A DNA stretch of 64,000 nt, taken from a virus. This document shows, in pieces, positions 37,772 to 47,819 of this stretch; the first letter of the stretch is position 1, and each line of letters starts with the position of its first letter. The DNA lies in IMG/VR virus record IMGVR_UViG_3300042516_004698, positions 11,371 to 75,370 of that record; one strand, written 5' to 3'. Below the pieces are notes generated by a model. It did not search any database. It had not been told where the DNA came from and saw nothing but the letters and a program-made list of their open reading frames with translations. Made by a program: the position numbers and the translations under genes.

Positions 37772-40700
37772 ATGTCTGAACCACTCTTCACAAATGAATG
37801 CATACCGAATCCGCCGCCGAAGGTAGATTTCAGGTTTATCGACGTATGCGATATTCCGCCTCCACCGCCGCCTATCTACGACTGCCCGGCGCCGACTTGT
37901 CCGCCGTACGATAAACCACCGCCATGCCCCGAGATAACTCCGGGCAAAACGACTATAACGGTCACGCCAGCACGCGCTGGTTGCCCGCCGCCAACAACAC
38001 CAACAGGCGGCAAACTTACCGTAACAAAAAGCGAAGACTGCGCGTTTGAAATAGGCCTAGATCTCACGCTCGTCGTGCCGGAACCGCCGTGTCCGAATAT
38101 ACGGGGCGGTAGCGTTAATGTGACGTCTGGATACGCCGGTTGCGTGCCGGGCGAAGGCGGAAAAGTCACAGTTACGCCGCGCCCACCGCCCTGCCCCGAT
38201 TCAGGCGCAGCGTGTGAGTTCGACATTGATGTCGACATCGTAGTGCCGGTACCAATCCCGCCGTGCCCAACAATTAGCGGTAAGCGCGTTACCGTAACTA
38301 CTGGCTATGGTGACTGCGGCCAAGGCTCCGGTGGAAAAGTCACAGTGACGCCGCGGCAGAGCACGAACTGCGAAGGCGGTAACTGCGAATTTGATATTGA
38401 TGTCGATATCGAAGTGCCGTTACCTACGCCACCGTGTCCGAATATTACCGGCGGCCGTGTTAATGTAAAGTCTAGCTATGCCGGCTGCCTAACCGACGGC
38501 AGCAAAATGTCGGTTCGGCAACCAGTTAGACAAGAATGTGATGGCACAGGCTGCGATTTTGAAATCGATCTCGATATCGAAGTGCCGATCCCAACGCCGC
38601 CGTGTCCAAACGTTATTTCGTCATACAGAACGGTCAGAACCGGCGAAGGCCCGAGTTTAACTACGCGTGTCGAGTCGCGTCCTGATTGCGAAGACGGCAA
38701 TAATTGCGATATCTACATGGATATCGTGTTTCCAGAACCGCCGAAACAACCATGCGTTCCGGTTTTTGCGCCCGGAAGCATCACCGTCAGAGAAGCAGAT
38801 AACCCATCATCAAATAACCAGTTTTTAATTGAACGCGTACAAAATCCAAACAAACCAGAAGAGTGCACGTATCGTCCGTTTGGCTACATTCAAATACCAA
38901 AAATACCGAATATACCGGAGTGGGTAAAAAATACGCCCAAAGCGCCGTGTATCCCGACAATCACAGGCGGCGAAATAACCGGAAATAAGGTTAAGGGCAA
39001 AATAACGGTGGCTGCACCCACGCCGCCAGAAGAGCCAGAAGAGCCAAGCAACAATTGCGTCGGCAGCTGTTGGATATTAAATCAAGAGCCGTTTAACATA
39101 AATACAGCAGACCCGTTTGGGCCAGTAAATACTGATGTCTGGGGTACTTGCTACCCAATGGGCGCATTTGCGGCAGTTACTGACGAACGATCATGCAAAC
39201 AATTTGGCGGTACGTACTTTTCAGGTAATGATTGCAAGGCTTGTCCGCCGCCACCACCGCAGCCGACGACGCCAACAGTACCTAAACCGTGCAGCGAACT
39301 GCAAATCAGCGCGGAGCTTGAGTTAGAAATACCAGAGCCGTGCGTACCTAGATTTACCAAAGGTAAAGTTAACGTATCTTATCAAAAACAAGGCGGCGGT
39401 GAGATTACAGTTAATGACTCAACCAGCTGCAATAGTTGTTACTACCCAGAAAACTCTACTGGAGCAATTCTGGCCGCGGCTGGGCAGGTTGGTGTAAGCG
39501 TAGCGCCAGCGGTGTGCGTTGTAGCCGACGATAACTTCAGCGCTGACAACTCCACAATGTGCGAGCAGCGTGGCGGCACATGTTTCCCGGGTCCAGACTG
39601 CTCGAATAGCTGCAAAGATCTTGAAATATCTGCCTACGTATACGTGCCGCCTAATTGTCCGGAATTTGAAGACGGCACGATCACAAAAAAAAGCAGCGGC
39701 GGCGAAACGTCAACATCTGGCGACAGCGCGTCAGAAATAGGAACAATAAAAATAACGCCGGCCGGTATCTCGACCCGTACAAATGAAAGCGGCGATGAAG
39801 AAACACGCTGTAGATTCGCTATCGCTGCCGAACTTGATCTTGATGCGATCGGCGCTGGCGGCGGCGGAAAAGATTGCGTTCCCGAAGGCGGCGACATTTC
39901 TGTTACTGAAGCCAAAAAAGGCGAAAAGTCTGGCGGCAAGATTCGCATCGAGACAGAAGCAGACGACAAAGAAGGCTGGTGCAAACAGGCAGGTGATTGC
40001 TCACCCGGTTACACGAAAAGCATGTGCCGTGACGCCGGCGGAGAGTGGTTTCCGACTGAGGGGTGTAGCAAACCGTCGTGCGGTTACACAATCGCAGCCG
40101 ATATCACTTTACCTACATTAGAAATTGAATTTGAGCCGGCTGCGAATGTCGAGCTCGAGCCGATCGAGTGCGATCAGCCAGCCACCATTTCCGCAAATGT
40201 TGTTAAAGGGGAAGACGGTAAATACAAAATTGAACTTAGCGGTTCGTACCCTGATTGCAGCGCATGCTGTCCGGTTGAAACAGAAGCCGGGATCGGGCCA
40301 CGGCGGGCAGGGATGCGCCGACTCGGTCTGATGACTGCGCCCGCAGATTTGCCACGGCTCTCCGTTTCGTCTAACGGCTACTACACAGGCGATGTACTTG
40401 TTATTAATTTAACGTTTACAGACTTTGTGCAGGTTGTTGATTCGTCTGTAAAATTGGTTATAGATTTAAACTCGCCGGTGGTGGGAAGTAGTACATCAAG
40501 CGGGACAAGTTCTTCCGCGACTTCCGGCGAATTACCAAATTTGCGCTACGCCGACCTAGAAACAACTAGTGGCGGTAGAACCAGAAAACTTACGTTTACG
40601 TACACAATTCAAACAGACGATTTTAGCACCGGAATTAGAGTGCTACGGCTCACCGACGAATCAACGCCATATTACGCGGCACTTGCGAATAAAGCCGGCA

Positions 40701-43700
40701 AAAAGCTCGTCAGGCCGTTTACACCGATTAGCGCTGACATTTGCATCAATGCCGGTTGCGGATCGTCTAGCTCTAGTTCGAGCTCTAGCTCTAATTCAAG
40801 CTCAAGCTCTAGTTCAAGCGCGCGGTCTAGTTCAAGTAGTTCGAGCAGCCAATCGAGCTCAAGCAGTCGGTCAAGCTCGAGTAGCGTGTCTAGTTCTAGC
40901 AGTCGGTCAAGCTCAAGTAGCTTGTCTAGCTCAAGTAGCCGGTCAAGCTCAAGTAGCTTGTCTAGCTCAAGTAGCCGGTCAAGCTCTAGCAGCTTGTCTA
41001 GTTCGAGCAGCTTGTCTAGTTCTAGCAGCCGGTCAAGCTCAAGTAGCTTGTCTAGTTCTAGCAGTCGGTCAAGCTCAAGTAGCGTGTCTAGTTCTAGCAG
41101 CCGGTCAAGCTCAAGTAGCCGGTCAAGCTCTAGCAGCCGGTCAAGCTCTAGCAGTTCTTCCAGCTCAAGCAGTCAATCAAGCTCAAGCAGTCAATCAAGC
41201 TCAAGTAGCCGGTCAAGCTCAAGTAGCCGGTCAAGCTCTAGCAGCCGGTCAAGCTCTAGCAGTTCTTCTAGCTCAAGTAGTCAATCAAGCTCAAGTAGCT
41301 TGTCTAGTTCTAGCAGTCAATCAAGCTCAAGTAGCTTGTCTAGTTCTAGCAGCTTGTCTAGCTCTAGTAGCCGGTCAAGCTCGAGTAGCGTGTCTAGTTC
41401 GAGTAGCTTAAGCAGTTCTTCCAGCTCAAGCAGTTCAGACAGTTCGAGTAGTTCGCGCAGCTCCTCCAGCTCAAGCAGTCAATCAAGCTCAAGTAGCTTG
41501 TCTAGCTCTAGTAGCCGGTCAAGCTCGAGTAGTTCTTCCAGCTCAAGCAGCTCAAGTAGTTCAAGTAGTTCGTCTAGCTCGCGTAGTTCAAGTAGTTCGC
41601 GCAGCTCTTCCAGCTCAAGTAGTTCGAGTAGTTCGAGTAGTTCGAGTAGTTCAAGTAGTTCAAGTAGTTCCAGCTCGCGCTCGAGTAGTTCCAGTTCTTT
41701 TGCGCCAAGCGATATACAACTTTCTAACAACAATGTTTTAGAGAACCGACCAGTTGGAACAGTTGTCGGTACAATTTTTTCTGTTTATGCCGGTACTCGC
41801 GGTTCGGCCAACTTTACGCTAGTCACGGGAACCGGCAGTACAAACAATGCATCGTTTAAAATAGTAAATAATGAACTGCAAACAAATGCAGTGTTTGACT
41901 ACGAAACAAAAAATAGCTACTCAGTCCGTATACGCGCGACAGAGCCGAACAATGCCGCGCTGTACGCTGAAAAAGCGTTCAATATTGCCGTGCTCAACGC
42001 CGTCGAGGTGCCCGGCCCTCCGCAGGGTCTCGTTGCCGATCAACATGCTCGATGCGTTGATTTGAAATGGTCTATATCGCTAGATACTGGCGGCGGTACG
42101 ATTACAGAATACATTATTGAGCGGTCAGAAAACGGCAGCACGTGGACCGAAGTTACCAGAGTTTCCGCTTCAACGCCGCTCGGCGGGCCGCGATACGACT
42201 TCGCCGAAAGTCTAACGCTAGATATCCGTAAACCGTACACTTTTCGCGTTGCTGCCGTAAACGAAGCGGGACGCGGGGCCAACAGTAATATTGCTGGACC
42301 TGTTACGCTTTGCCCGTGCGACGCCGATGTTGACGGCGGTGCAGGCGGCGCGGCGCCGCAACCGAACGATACATGCGGCTCGTGCGCAACAGACGGCGGT
42401 ACGGCGAACGCTGGTTTTACCGGCGCCGCCGGCGAGTGCCAAGAACAGCGCAAATCGTCGAGCTCTAGCTCGCTTATCGCGACAGCGTTTAAAGTCTGCA
42501 CCGACCTCGGCGACTGCTTGGCGTTTGTGGGTATCGGGACGCCTATTCCAGACTGCACAACTTGCCCAACGCCCTGCGCGGCTACAGTGTTGGCAAGCGG
42601 TAATTGCGAATATGATGTTCCGCGCTTGAACGTTAGAAACGGTCTTGGCGGGCGTGTCTCCACGTACACCGGCCCCACTAAGACCGCAGGCTATAGCGGC
42701 AGCATTACGGTCAGCTGCAATAACGGAGCGCTTACAACCACAAACGTTACGTGCGTAGAAAACAACTGCACAGCGCAACGCTATGCGCCAATAAATCAAG
42801 CGTGCGCGTACGACATTCCGGCTATGACTGCTGGGCAGACGCTGACAATAAATACAAACACAGCCGGTTACAGCGGTCAAATAACAGCCGTATGCAGCGC
42901 TGGTAAGCTTACGTTTACGCAAACGACTACCTGCACAGAATTACCGTGCGCCTACACAACTTTCACAAGCCCAGCCGGTTGCGTATTTGCTAACCCGCAA
43001 GGAGCCGGTGTTCAAGTGCAGAGTCCGTGGACGGGCGCGGCGGTTCTCATTCAAAATACGCGCGTCGGCTACACAGGCCAGCCGTACTCAGGCTCCGCAA
43101 CCGCGACGTGCTTGCGTGGCGTAATGAGTTTTACAGATGTCGTATGCAACTCAAACTGCTTAGGCGCAAATACAACACACGGCACGTGCACATTTACAAC
43201 TGGCGACGCTACTACATACGTATTGAACCATAATGCAGTGCGTGATTACGTTTCAACAAATCCCCCCAGCGTTGTAAGCGGCACAGCCACCGCTATTTGC
43301 AATAACGGAACAACGCAATGGCAAGCGCAGTCATGCACTGGCGCACCTGCAGCGCCTGTACTCTCAGCTACCGGGGGCGATACCTTGGTGAACGCTACTT
43401 GGACGCAAGGCGGAGACGGCGGCGCGCCGTTAAATCGTTTTGAATTACGCTATGCGACGTTGCCTACCTTCGTGGGCGGCGGCACGCTGGTTCGCGCCCC
43501 CGGCGACAGAGCCGCCGCGTTAAACAATTTAACTAACTACGCAACTTATTACCTGTCGATTCGCGCGGTCAATAACGCTGGTTTTACGAGTCCGTGGAGC
43601 AACACGGTAGCCGTTACGCCGTGTGGCGAACCGCAGCCTGCAGCGCTAATCAGCGCGGCAATGCTCAACACCGGTGTAACCATAAGGTACACATGCCCGC

Positions 43701-45835
43701 CAGCGCTGCCAGCCGGTATTCCAGTACCGACGCTTACAGCAGAACGCAGCACCGATAATGGCGCAACTTGGACAACGTATGCGGCACTACCTTACGCTGC
43801 TGGTGCCACATTAGATCAGACCACAACCACAGGATTTAATGGTAGTGTGCGTAACGCAATACGTATACGCACGACTATTGCGGGTTGCGGCACGTCTGTT
43901 AGCGCTGATGTAAAAATTGCAGTAAATATTCCGTGCACGCCGGGCGCTGCCACGGCGACCCTCGCGGCCTCGTGCTCTGGCGCGCTTAACGTCAGCTGGA
44001 CAGCGCCGGCCGTTGGCGCTACGTGCGGGCCTGTGACAGGTTATCGGGTGCAGTGCTCTGGCGATAGCGGCGTAAATTGGGCAACAGATCCTGCGACATA
44101 CACAGGCACGACAGGGCGTTTTTCTCCTGTATATAACAGCTTGGCGTACCGTTGCCGCGCAATAGCGTTTAACGAAGCCGGTAACGGCCCCGCGGGCACG
44201 CATAGAAACTCCGTAGGCGTTGGCGTATCGACCCCGCCCGGTTACGCGCCAGTTACGATTGGCGCAGCAACGAGCTCGACAATTTCGATTACGTGGCTAG
44301 CTGCCTTTGTCGGCACTGGAGTATACGCCAGACCCGTAACTAGCTACACAATTTACAGAAGAGCCGTCAGCAATAGAGCGCTAGAAACAACTGTAGCGAC
44401 TGTCGGCAGTACCGTGCGGGCGTACACGTTTACAGGCCTTAGCCCAAATACGGCGTATGAGTTTAAAGTTGTAGCAACTAATCTGTGCGGCAACGGGCCG
44501 ACCGACGGCTGGTCTGCCCCGGGCACTACAACCAATCTGGTACCCAACGCGCCAGCCGGATTAACTGCAACACCAAGCGCGGCATGCGACGGGGCCGGCG
44601 CGGGTGGCGGAGTTATTTCACTGTCGTGGACTGCTGCAACCTCTGGCGGCGGTCCGGCGGTTACAGGCTATACGCTTCAGCGCTCGTTAAATAACACGAC
44701 TTGGACAACAATAACAACAACAGACCAAAATACTACAGCGTATGTAGACTCGTCTGGGGTGCCCGGCACAACCTACTATTATCGCGTACTCGCCAACAGT
44801 ACGAACGGCGCAAGTCCGGCAAGTAGTCCCGTCACAGCTGTAGCGCCCGCGACGACGCCAAGCGAACCGCAAAATTTTACAGCCACGCCTAGTAGCGGCA
44901 AAGCAACGCTAAGCTGGAGCGCACCGGCTGTGCGCGGAACGCCAACTGGTAGTTTACTGTATATCGTGTGGTACAAATTAACAACAAGTACAACGTGGAT
45001 TAGTGGCGGCTCAGGTTTAACAGCGACGTCGTTAGAGCTCACTTTACAAAATAGCCAGAAATATGACGTCGCCGTGGCGGCAAAGAATGCAACGTGCGCA
45101 GACTACGGCGACTATGCCTATAATGAAGTCACGCCGTTTAATCCAAATTGCACATGCGCCCCGCAGTCTTACAGCGTAAATGGTTGCCTGTTCGCCTTTC
45201 CGTCACAGGCGCGCAACACCCAGACCAGCGCGTTAAATAGCGCAAATAACTACTCCGGCGAAGCATACCGAACATGCGACGCGGTTTGCAATATGACAAC
45301 AGCGCAAACATCTGTCACAGATAGCGCAACATGTGTCTTTAACGGCGTCACAACTACATACAACTGCGTAAACGGCTCGTGTAACGCAGTGTCCGGTTCT
45401 GGCGGTACGTACACAACGCTATCCGCATGCCAAAGCGCTTGCAGCGGCGGTGGCGGGACTAGCCCTTGTGCGCTTAGTCCAGTAACAAATATTAACGGGT
45501 GTACGTATCCGTTCGGCGGCACGTTATCCGCTAATACTTATTCCGGGTACGTCGCTACGACTACGTTCGGCAAAACAGGCTCCGCGCGCATGTACTGCAA
45601 CGGAACGACAGGTGTCGCGACCTTTGACGCGGGCACTGCGACGTGCAACACCGATTCCGGCGAAGTGCGGAACGCGTGTACGTACATGTGGAGCAGTATC
45701 CCCGGCGGTGGCGGCCGGTACGAGTTGTTCAGCTCAGATTGCAGCAGCGGCTCGTGCCCGAGCACGATCAACACCACGGTGACCCCCGGGCAGCCATTTG
45801 GCACATTAGTAGGCCCGTTTCCGCGCTGCCAATAA
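37772..45835 (+). CDS. Giant (2687 aa) Cys-rich fibre/adhesin with PPCP repeats, poly-Ser, cadherin and multiple fibronectin-III domains
   Basis: Repeats of C-x-F-x-I-D-x-D-I-x-V-P-x-P-x-P-P-C-P; cadherin ENRPVGTVVG...FDYETKNSYSVRIRAT (about 41700-42000); Fn3 motifs YTFRVAAVN, FTGLSPNTAYEFKVVATN, GTTYYYRVLA. Confidence 0.8.
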   Translation: MSEPLFTNECIPNPPPKVDFRFIDVCDIPPPPPPIYDCPAPTCPPYDKPPPCPEITPGKTTITVTPARAGCPPPTTPTGGKLTVTKSEDCAFEIGLDLTLVVPEPPCPNIRGGSVNVTSGYAGCVPGEGGKVTVTPRPPPCPDSGAACEFDIDVDIVVPVPIPPCPTISGKRVTVTTGYGDCGQGSGGKVTVTPRQSTNCEGGNCEFDIDVDIEVPLPTPPCPNITGGRVNVKSSYAGCLTDGSKMSVRQPVRQECDGTGCDFEIDLDIEVPIPTPPCPNVISSYRTVRTGEGPSLTTRVESRPDCEDGNNCDIYMDIVFPEPPKQPCVPVFAPGSITVREADNPSSNNQFLIERVQNPNKPEECTYRPFGYIQIPKIPNIPEWVKNTPKAPCIPTITGGEITGNKVKGKITVAAPTPPEEPEEPSNNCVGSCWILNQEPFNINTADPFGPVNTDVWGTCYPMGAFAAVTDERSCKQFGGTYFSGNDCKACPPPPPQPTTPTVPKPCSELQISAELELEIPEPCVPRFTKGKVNVSYQKQGGGEITVNDSTSCNSCYYPENSTGAILAAAGQVGVSVAPAVCVVADDNFSADNSTMCEQRGGTCFPGPDCSNSCKDLEISAYVYVPPNCPEFEDGTITKKSSGGETSTSGDSASEIGTIKITPAGISTRTNESGDEETRCRFAIAAELDLDAIGAGGGGKDCVPEGGDISVTEAKKGEKSGGKIRIETEADDKEGWCKQAGDCSPGYTKSMCRDAGGEWFPTEGCSKPSCGYTIAADITLPTLEIEFEPAANVELEPIECDQPATISANVVKGEDGKYKIELSGSYPDCSACCPVETEAGIGPRRAGMRRLGLMTAPADLPRLSVSSNGYYTGDVLVINLTFTDFVQVVDSSVKLVIDLNSPVVGSSTSSGTSSSATSGELPNLRYADLETTSGGRTRKLTFTYTIQTDDFSTGIRVLRLTDESTPYYAALANKAGKKLVRPFTPISADICINAGCGSSSSSSSSSSNSSSSSSSSARSSSSSSSSQSSSSSRSSSSSVSSSSSRSSSSSLSSSSSRSSSSSLSSSSSRSSSSSLSSSSSLSSSSSRSSSSSLSSSSSRSSSSSVSSSSSRSSSSSRSSSSSRSSSSSSSSSSSQSSSSSQSSSSSRSSSSSRSSSSSRSSSSSSSSSSSQSSSSSLSSSSSQSSSSSLSSSSSLSSSSSRSSSSSVSSSSSLSSSSSSSSSDSSSSSRSSSSSSSQSSSSSLSSSSSRSSSSSSSSSSSSSSSSSSSSSRSSSSSRSSSSSSSSSSSSSSSSSSSSSSSSSRSSSSSSFAPSDIQLSNNNVLENRPVGTVVGTIFSVYAGTRGSANFTLVTGTGSTNNASFKIVNNELQTNAVFDYETKNSYSVRIRATEPNNAALYAEKAFNIAVLNAVEVPGPPQGLVADQHARCVDLKWSISLDTGGGTITEYIIERSENGSTWTEVTRVSASTPLGGPRYDFAESLTLDIRKPYTFRVAAVNEAGRGANSNIAGPVTLCPCDADVDGGAGGAAPQPNDTCGSCATDGGTANAGFTGAAGECQEQRKSSSSSSLIATAFKVCTDLGDCLAFVGIGTPIPDCTTCPTPCAATVLASGNCEYDVPRLNVRNGLGGRVSTYTGPTKTAGYSGSITVSCNNGALTTTNVTCVENNCTAQRYAPINQACAYDIPAMTAGQTLTINTNTAGYSGQITAVCSAGKLTFTQTTTCTELPCAYTTFTSPAGCVFANPQGAGVQVQSPWTGAAVLIQNTRVGYTGQPYSGSATATCLRGVMSFTDVVCNSNCLGANTTHGTCTFTTGDATTYVLNHNAVRDYVSTNPPSVVSGTATAICNNGTTQWQAQSCTGAPAAPVLSATGGDTLVNATWTQGGDGGAPLNRFELRYATLPTFVGGGTLVRAPGDRAAALNNLTNYATYYLSIRAVNNAGFTSPWSNTVAVTPCGEPQPAALISAAMLNTGVTIRYTCPPALPAGIPVPTLTAERSTDNGATWTTYAALPYAAGATLDQTTTTGFNGSVRNAIRIRTTIAGCGTSVSADVKIAVNIPCTPGAATATLAASCSGALNVSWTAPAVGATCGPVTGYRVQCSGDSGVNWATDPATYTGTTGRFSPVYNSLAYRCRAIAFNEAGNGPAGTHRNSVGVGVSTPPGYAPVTIGAATSSTISITWLAAFVGTGVYARPVTSYTIYRRAVSNRALETTVATVGSTVRAYTFTGLSPNTAYEFKVVATNLCGNGPTDGWSAPGTTTNLVPNAPAGLTATPSAACDGAGAGGGVISLSWTAATSGGGPAVTGYTLQRSLNNTTWTTITTTDQNTTAYVDSSGVPGTTYYYRVLANSTNGASPASSPVTAVAPATTPSEPQNFTATPSSGKATLSWSAPAVRGTPTGSLLYIVWYKLTTSTTWISGGSGLTATSLELTLQNSQKYDVAVAAKNATCADYGDYAYNEVTPFNPNCTCAPQSYSVNGCLFAFPSQARNTQTSALNSANNYSGEAYRTCDAVCNMTTAQTSVTDSATCVFNGVTTTYNCVNGSCNAVSGSGGTYTTLSACQSACSGGGGTSPCALSPVTNINGCTYPFGGTLSANTYSGYVATTTFGKTGSARMYCNGTTGVATFDAGTATCNTDSGEVRNACTYMWSSIPGGGGRYELFSSDCSSGSCPSTINTTVTPGQPFGTLVGPFPRCQ
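40763..41698 (+). repeat. Poly-serine coding repeat (about 310 codons)
   Basis: 18-21 nt units (CGGTCAAGCTCAAGTAGC, TTGTCTAGCTCAAGTAGC) encoding S5-6 punctuated by R/L/V/Q. Confidence 0.95.
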
Positions 45836-45911
45836 AACCAAAGCAGTATTGCAATTTTGACTATATGCGCGCAAAATAATGCTGAGCAATTAACACGAAA
45901 GGCGCTGCAAA

Positions 45912-46580
45912 ATGAGTTGCGATTTTGAAACCACTCCCTGCGCAATGCCCGGAAACTTTACGTGCAAAAAGTGCAAACTATGCGGTCACATGGTTGGGAT
46001 GGCGGCCGCGGTAGCCGAGGCACAGTGGCCGCAAGTGCTAGCAAACATTAAAGCCGGCTGCGCGCACAACAAGACGCCGCAAGCGAGCCACACCGCAGAA
46101 GAACAGGCGCTAATAGATAGCGTACCGCAGCCCTCGCCGCCTATTACCGGAAAAACCTTCGGCGCCGTAGCCGCAAATGTGGGCGCCAATTTAGCCGGTA
46201 TTCCGCCGGCGCCGGGGTATACGACCGCACCGGCATATGTTGATCCTACGCTGGCGAACGTGCAAAATCCGTTTGAGATACCGCAGGACAATACGGGTCC
46301 GGGGTCGCAGCTAAAGAAGTTTTTAAGTAGAATTGGTATTACAGCTACGCCTACGTGTTCTTGTAACGCAAAGGCGCGTCATATGGATGCGATGGGCGTA
46401 GACTGGTGCGAGCAAAATGTTGATTTAATCGTAAGCTGGCTAAAGGAAGAAGCGCAAAAACGCGGTCTCCCGTTTATTGATTTAGCCGGGCGCGTGCTCG
46501 TAAATCGCGCAATAGCGGCCTCGCGAAAGGCGCACTCACACAAACTCAAGAAATTGAACATACCAAATGGACTGCAATAA
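45912..46580 (+). CDS. Cys-containing hypothetical protein (fibre chaperone candidate)
   Basis: CKKCKLC N-terminus; GPGSQLKK...CSCNAKA...MD...WC domain; directly follows the giant fibre gene. Confidence 0.5.
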   Translation: MSCDFETTPCAMPGNFTCKKCKLCGHMVGMAAAVAEAQWPQVLANIKAGCAHNKTPQASHTAEEQALIDSVPQPSPPITGKTFGAVAANVGANLAGIPPAPGYTTAPAYVDPTLANVQNPFEIPQDNTGPGSQLKKFLSRIGITATPTCSCNAKARHMDAMGVDWCEQNVDLIVSWLKEEAQKRGLPFIDLAGRVLVNRAIAASRKAHSHKLKKLNIPNGLQ

Positions 46581-47190
46581 ATTACCGGCAGATAACGATA
46601 TCGCCGCGTTAGATGACGCGCTCGGTGATAATTTTGCCAACCAGCCTATGCCTATCATGGTGGGCGAGCTGTCGGCCTCGCGGCGTATTAAACTGACGTG
46701 GTCCGTTAGCCGTTATTACTACAACGGCACCGACGGGCTTCGCGTGCGTATTGAGACGTCAGACGCGGTAGATATGCCCAACAAGATATTTGCGTACTTG
46801 CTGATGCCGCTGCAGCCGGGCGCCACAGAACGCACAGGTGAGTTTAACCATGTATGCTCACCAAGCGATCTGGAAGAGTTCCCAGAAGACGAGCCGTTAC
46901 CAGCTAAAAGGCCGGAGTGGTTTCGGCTGGCTTACGTAGACGTCGTACTGCGCTCACGCACAGAGGTGTACGCGTTTATTCGCGACACGGCGTCGGACGT
47001 CCACCAGCTCAAGCAATCACTCGACATAACCGACCGTGTTTACCCAGCTGGCGAGCTTTGGATCGGGCCAAGACCGGCAGAAAGCAGCTCGTCTAGCTCG
47101 AGCAGCTCCAGCTCTTCGGGGCCTAGCAGTTCAAGCAGCTCAAGCTCTTCACGGTCTAGCAGTTCAAGCAGCTCTAGCGCACAGGTGTAA
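46567..47190 (+). CDS. Probable virion protein with C-terminal poly-Ser
   Basis: In the structural operon; Ser tract of about 30 residues at 47083-47177. Confidence 0.55.
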   Translation: MDCNKLPADNDIAALDDALGDNFANQPMPIMVGELSASRRIKLTWSVSRYYYNGTDGLRVRIETSDAVDMPNKIFAYLLMPLQPGATERTGEFNHVCSPSDLEEFPEDEPLPAKRPEWFRLAYVDVVLRSRTEVYAFIRDTASDVHQLKQSLDITDRVYPAGELWIGPRPAESSSSSSSSSSSSGPSSSSSSSSSRSSSSSSSSAQV

Positions 47191-47191
47191 T

Positions 47192-47497
47192 ATGCACGAA
47201 ATAGTCGTTATTGAAGACAGCACGATTGCTAGCATGGTACGCGACCCTAGATTTACCGCAGCAATTCCTTGCCTGCAAAATCAGCAAGCAATTGTACAGC
47301 CGCAGTCTGGAGGCGGTTGTGGCACATGCGCGCGTAAACGCGAAGCCGCTCAACGGGCAGCGCTCGCGAATATCAAGATGTGCCTGTCAGGGCTCAGCCA
47401 AGACAAGAAGAACGAGTTAAAGCAGTTGCTCGACGCCAAACAGGTGAAAGTCGTTTTCGCCACTGTTTCTGGCCAGATCGCGACCACTACGTTCTGA
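47192..47497 (+). CDS. Small CxxC protein
   Basis: ATG 1 nt after the upstream stop; GGCGTCARKR. Confidence 0.55.
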   Translation: MHEIVVIEDSTIASMVRDPRFTAAIPCLQNQQAIVQPQSGGGCGTCARKREAAQRAALANIKMCLSGLSQDKKNELKQLLDAKQVKVVFATVSGQIATTTF

Positions 47498-47534
47498 GCT
47501 AAATTTTCCGCAAAATCGCGGCATATTAAGTAGT
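47498..47534 (+). promoter_or_regulatory. Conserved phage promoter-like motif, copy 2
   Basis: GCTAAATTTTCCGCAAAATCGCGGCATATTAAGTAGT, matching 4445-4481; marks the start of the accessory region. Confidence 0.6.
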
Positions 47535-47574
47535 CCGTCTATTGTTATTGACGCTGCTTAGCCACGGAGGAGAT

Positions 47575-47799
47575 ATGCTCGCGCTCGAAGCTCAGACGAT
47601 TCAACGGATTGACTTGATTGTCGAGAAGCAGTTGCCGGCCGCTAAACAGGCCTACCCGGAAAGCCAATTAAGGCAGTACCGGTGGATTCGCGATCGTATC
47701 CTCGAGGACGTTCCCGAGGATGAGGCCGGTCTAGTCGCCATGCAGTGCGACCACTATTTCTTTTGTCTGTGCCTGAATTCTGGTGCGGACATTGCTTGA
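47575..47799 (+). CDS. Hypothetical protein
   Basis: SD CACGGAGGAG before ATG 47575. Confidence 0.6.
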   Translation: MLALEAQTIQRIDLIVEKQLPAAKQAYPESQLRQYRWIRDRILEDVPEDEAGLVAMQCDHYFFCLCLNSGADIA

Positions 47800-47819
47800 T
47801 TCACGCTAAGTGTCTAGGT

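Noticed and set aside
34772-41698. CRISPR array
   Set aside because: The repeats are in-frame coding tandem repeats without unique spacers; no cas genes.
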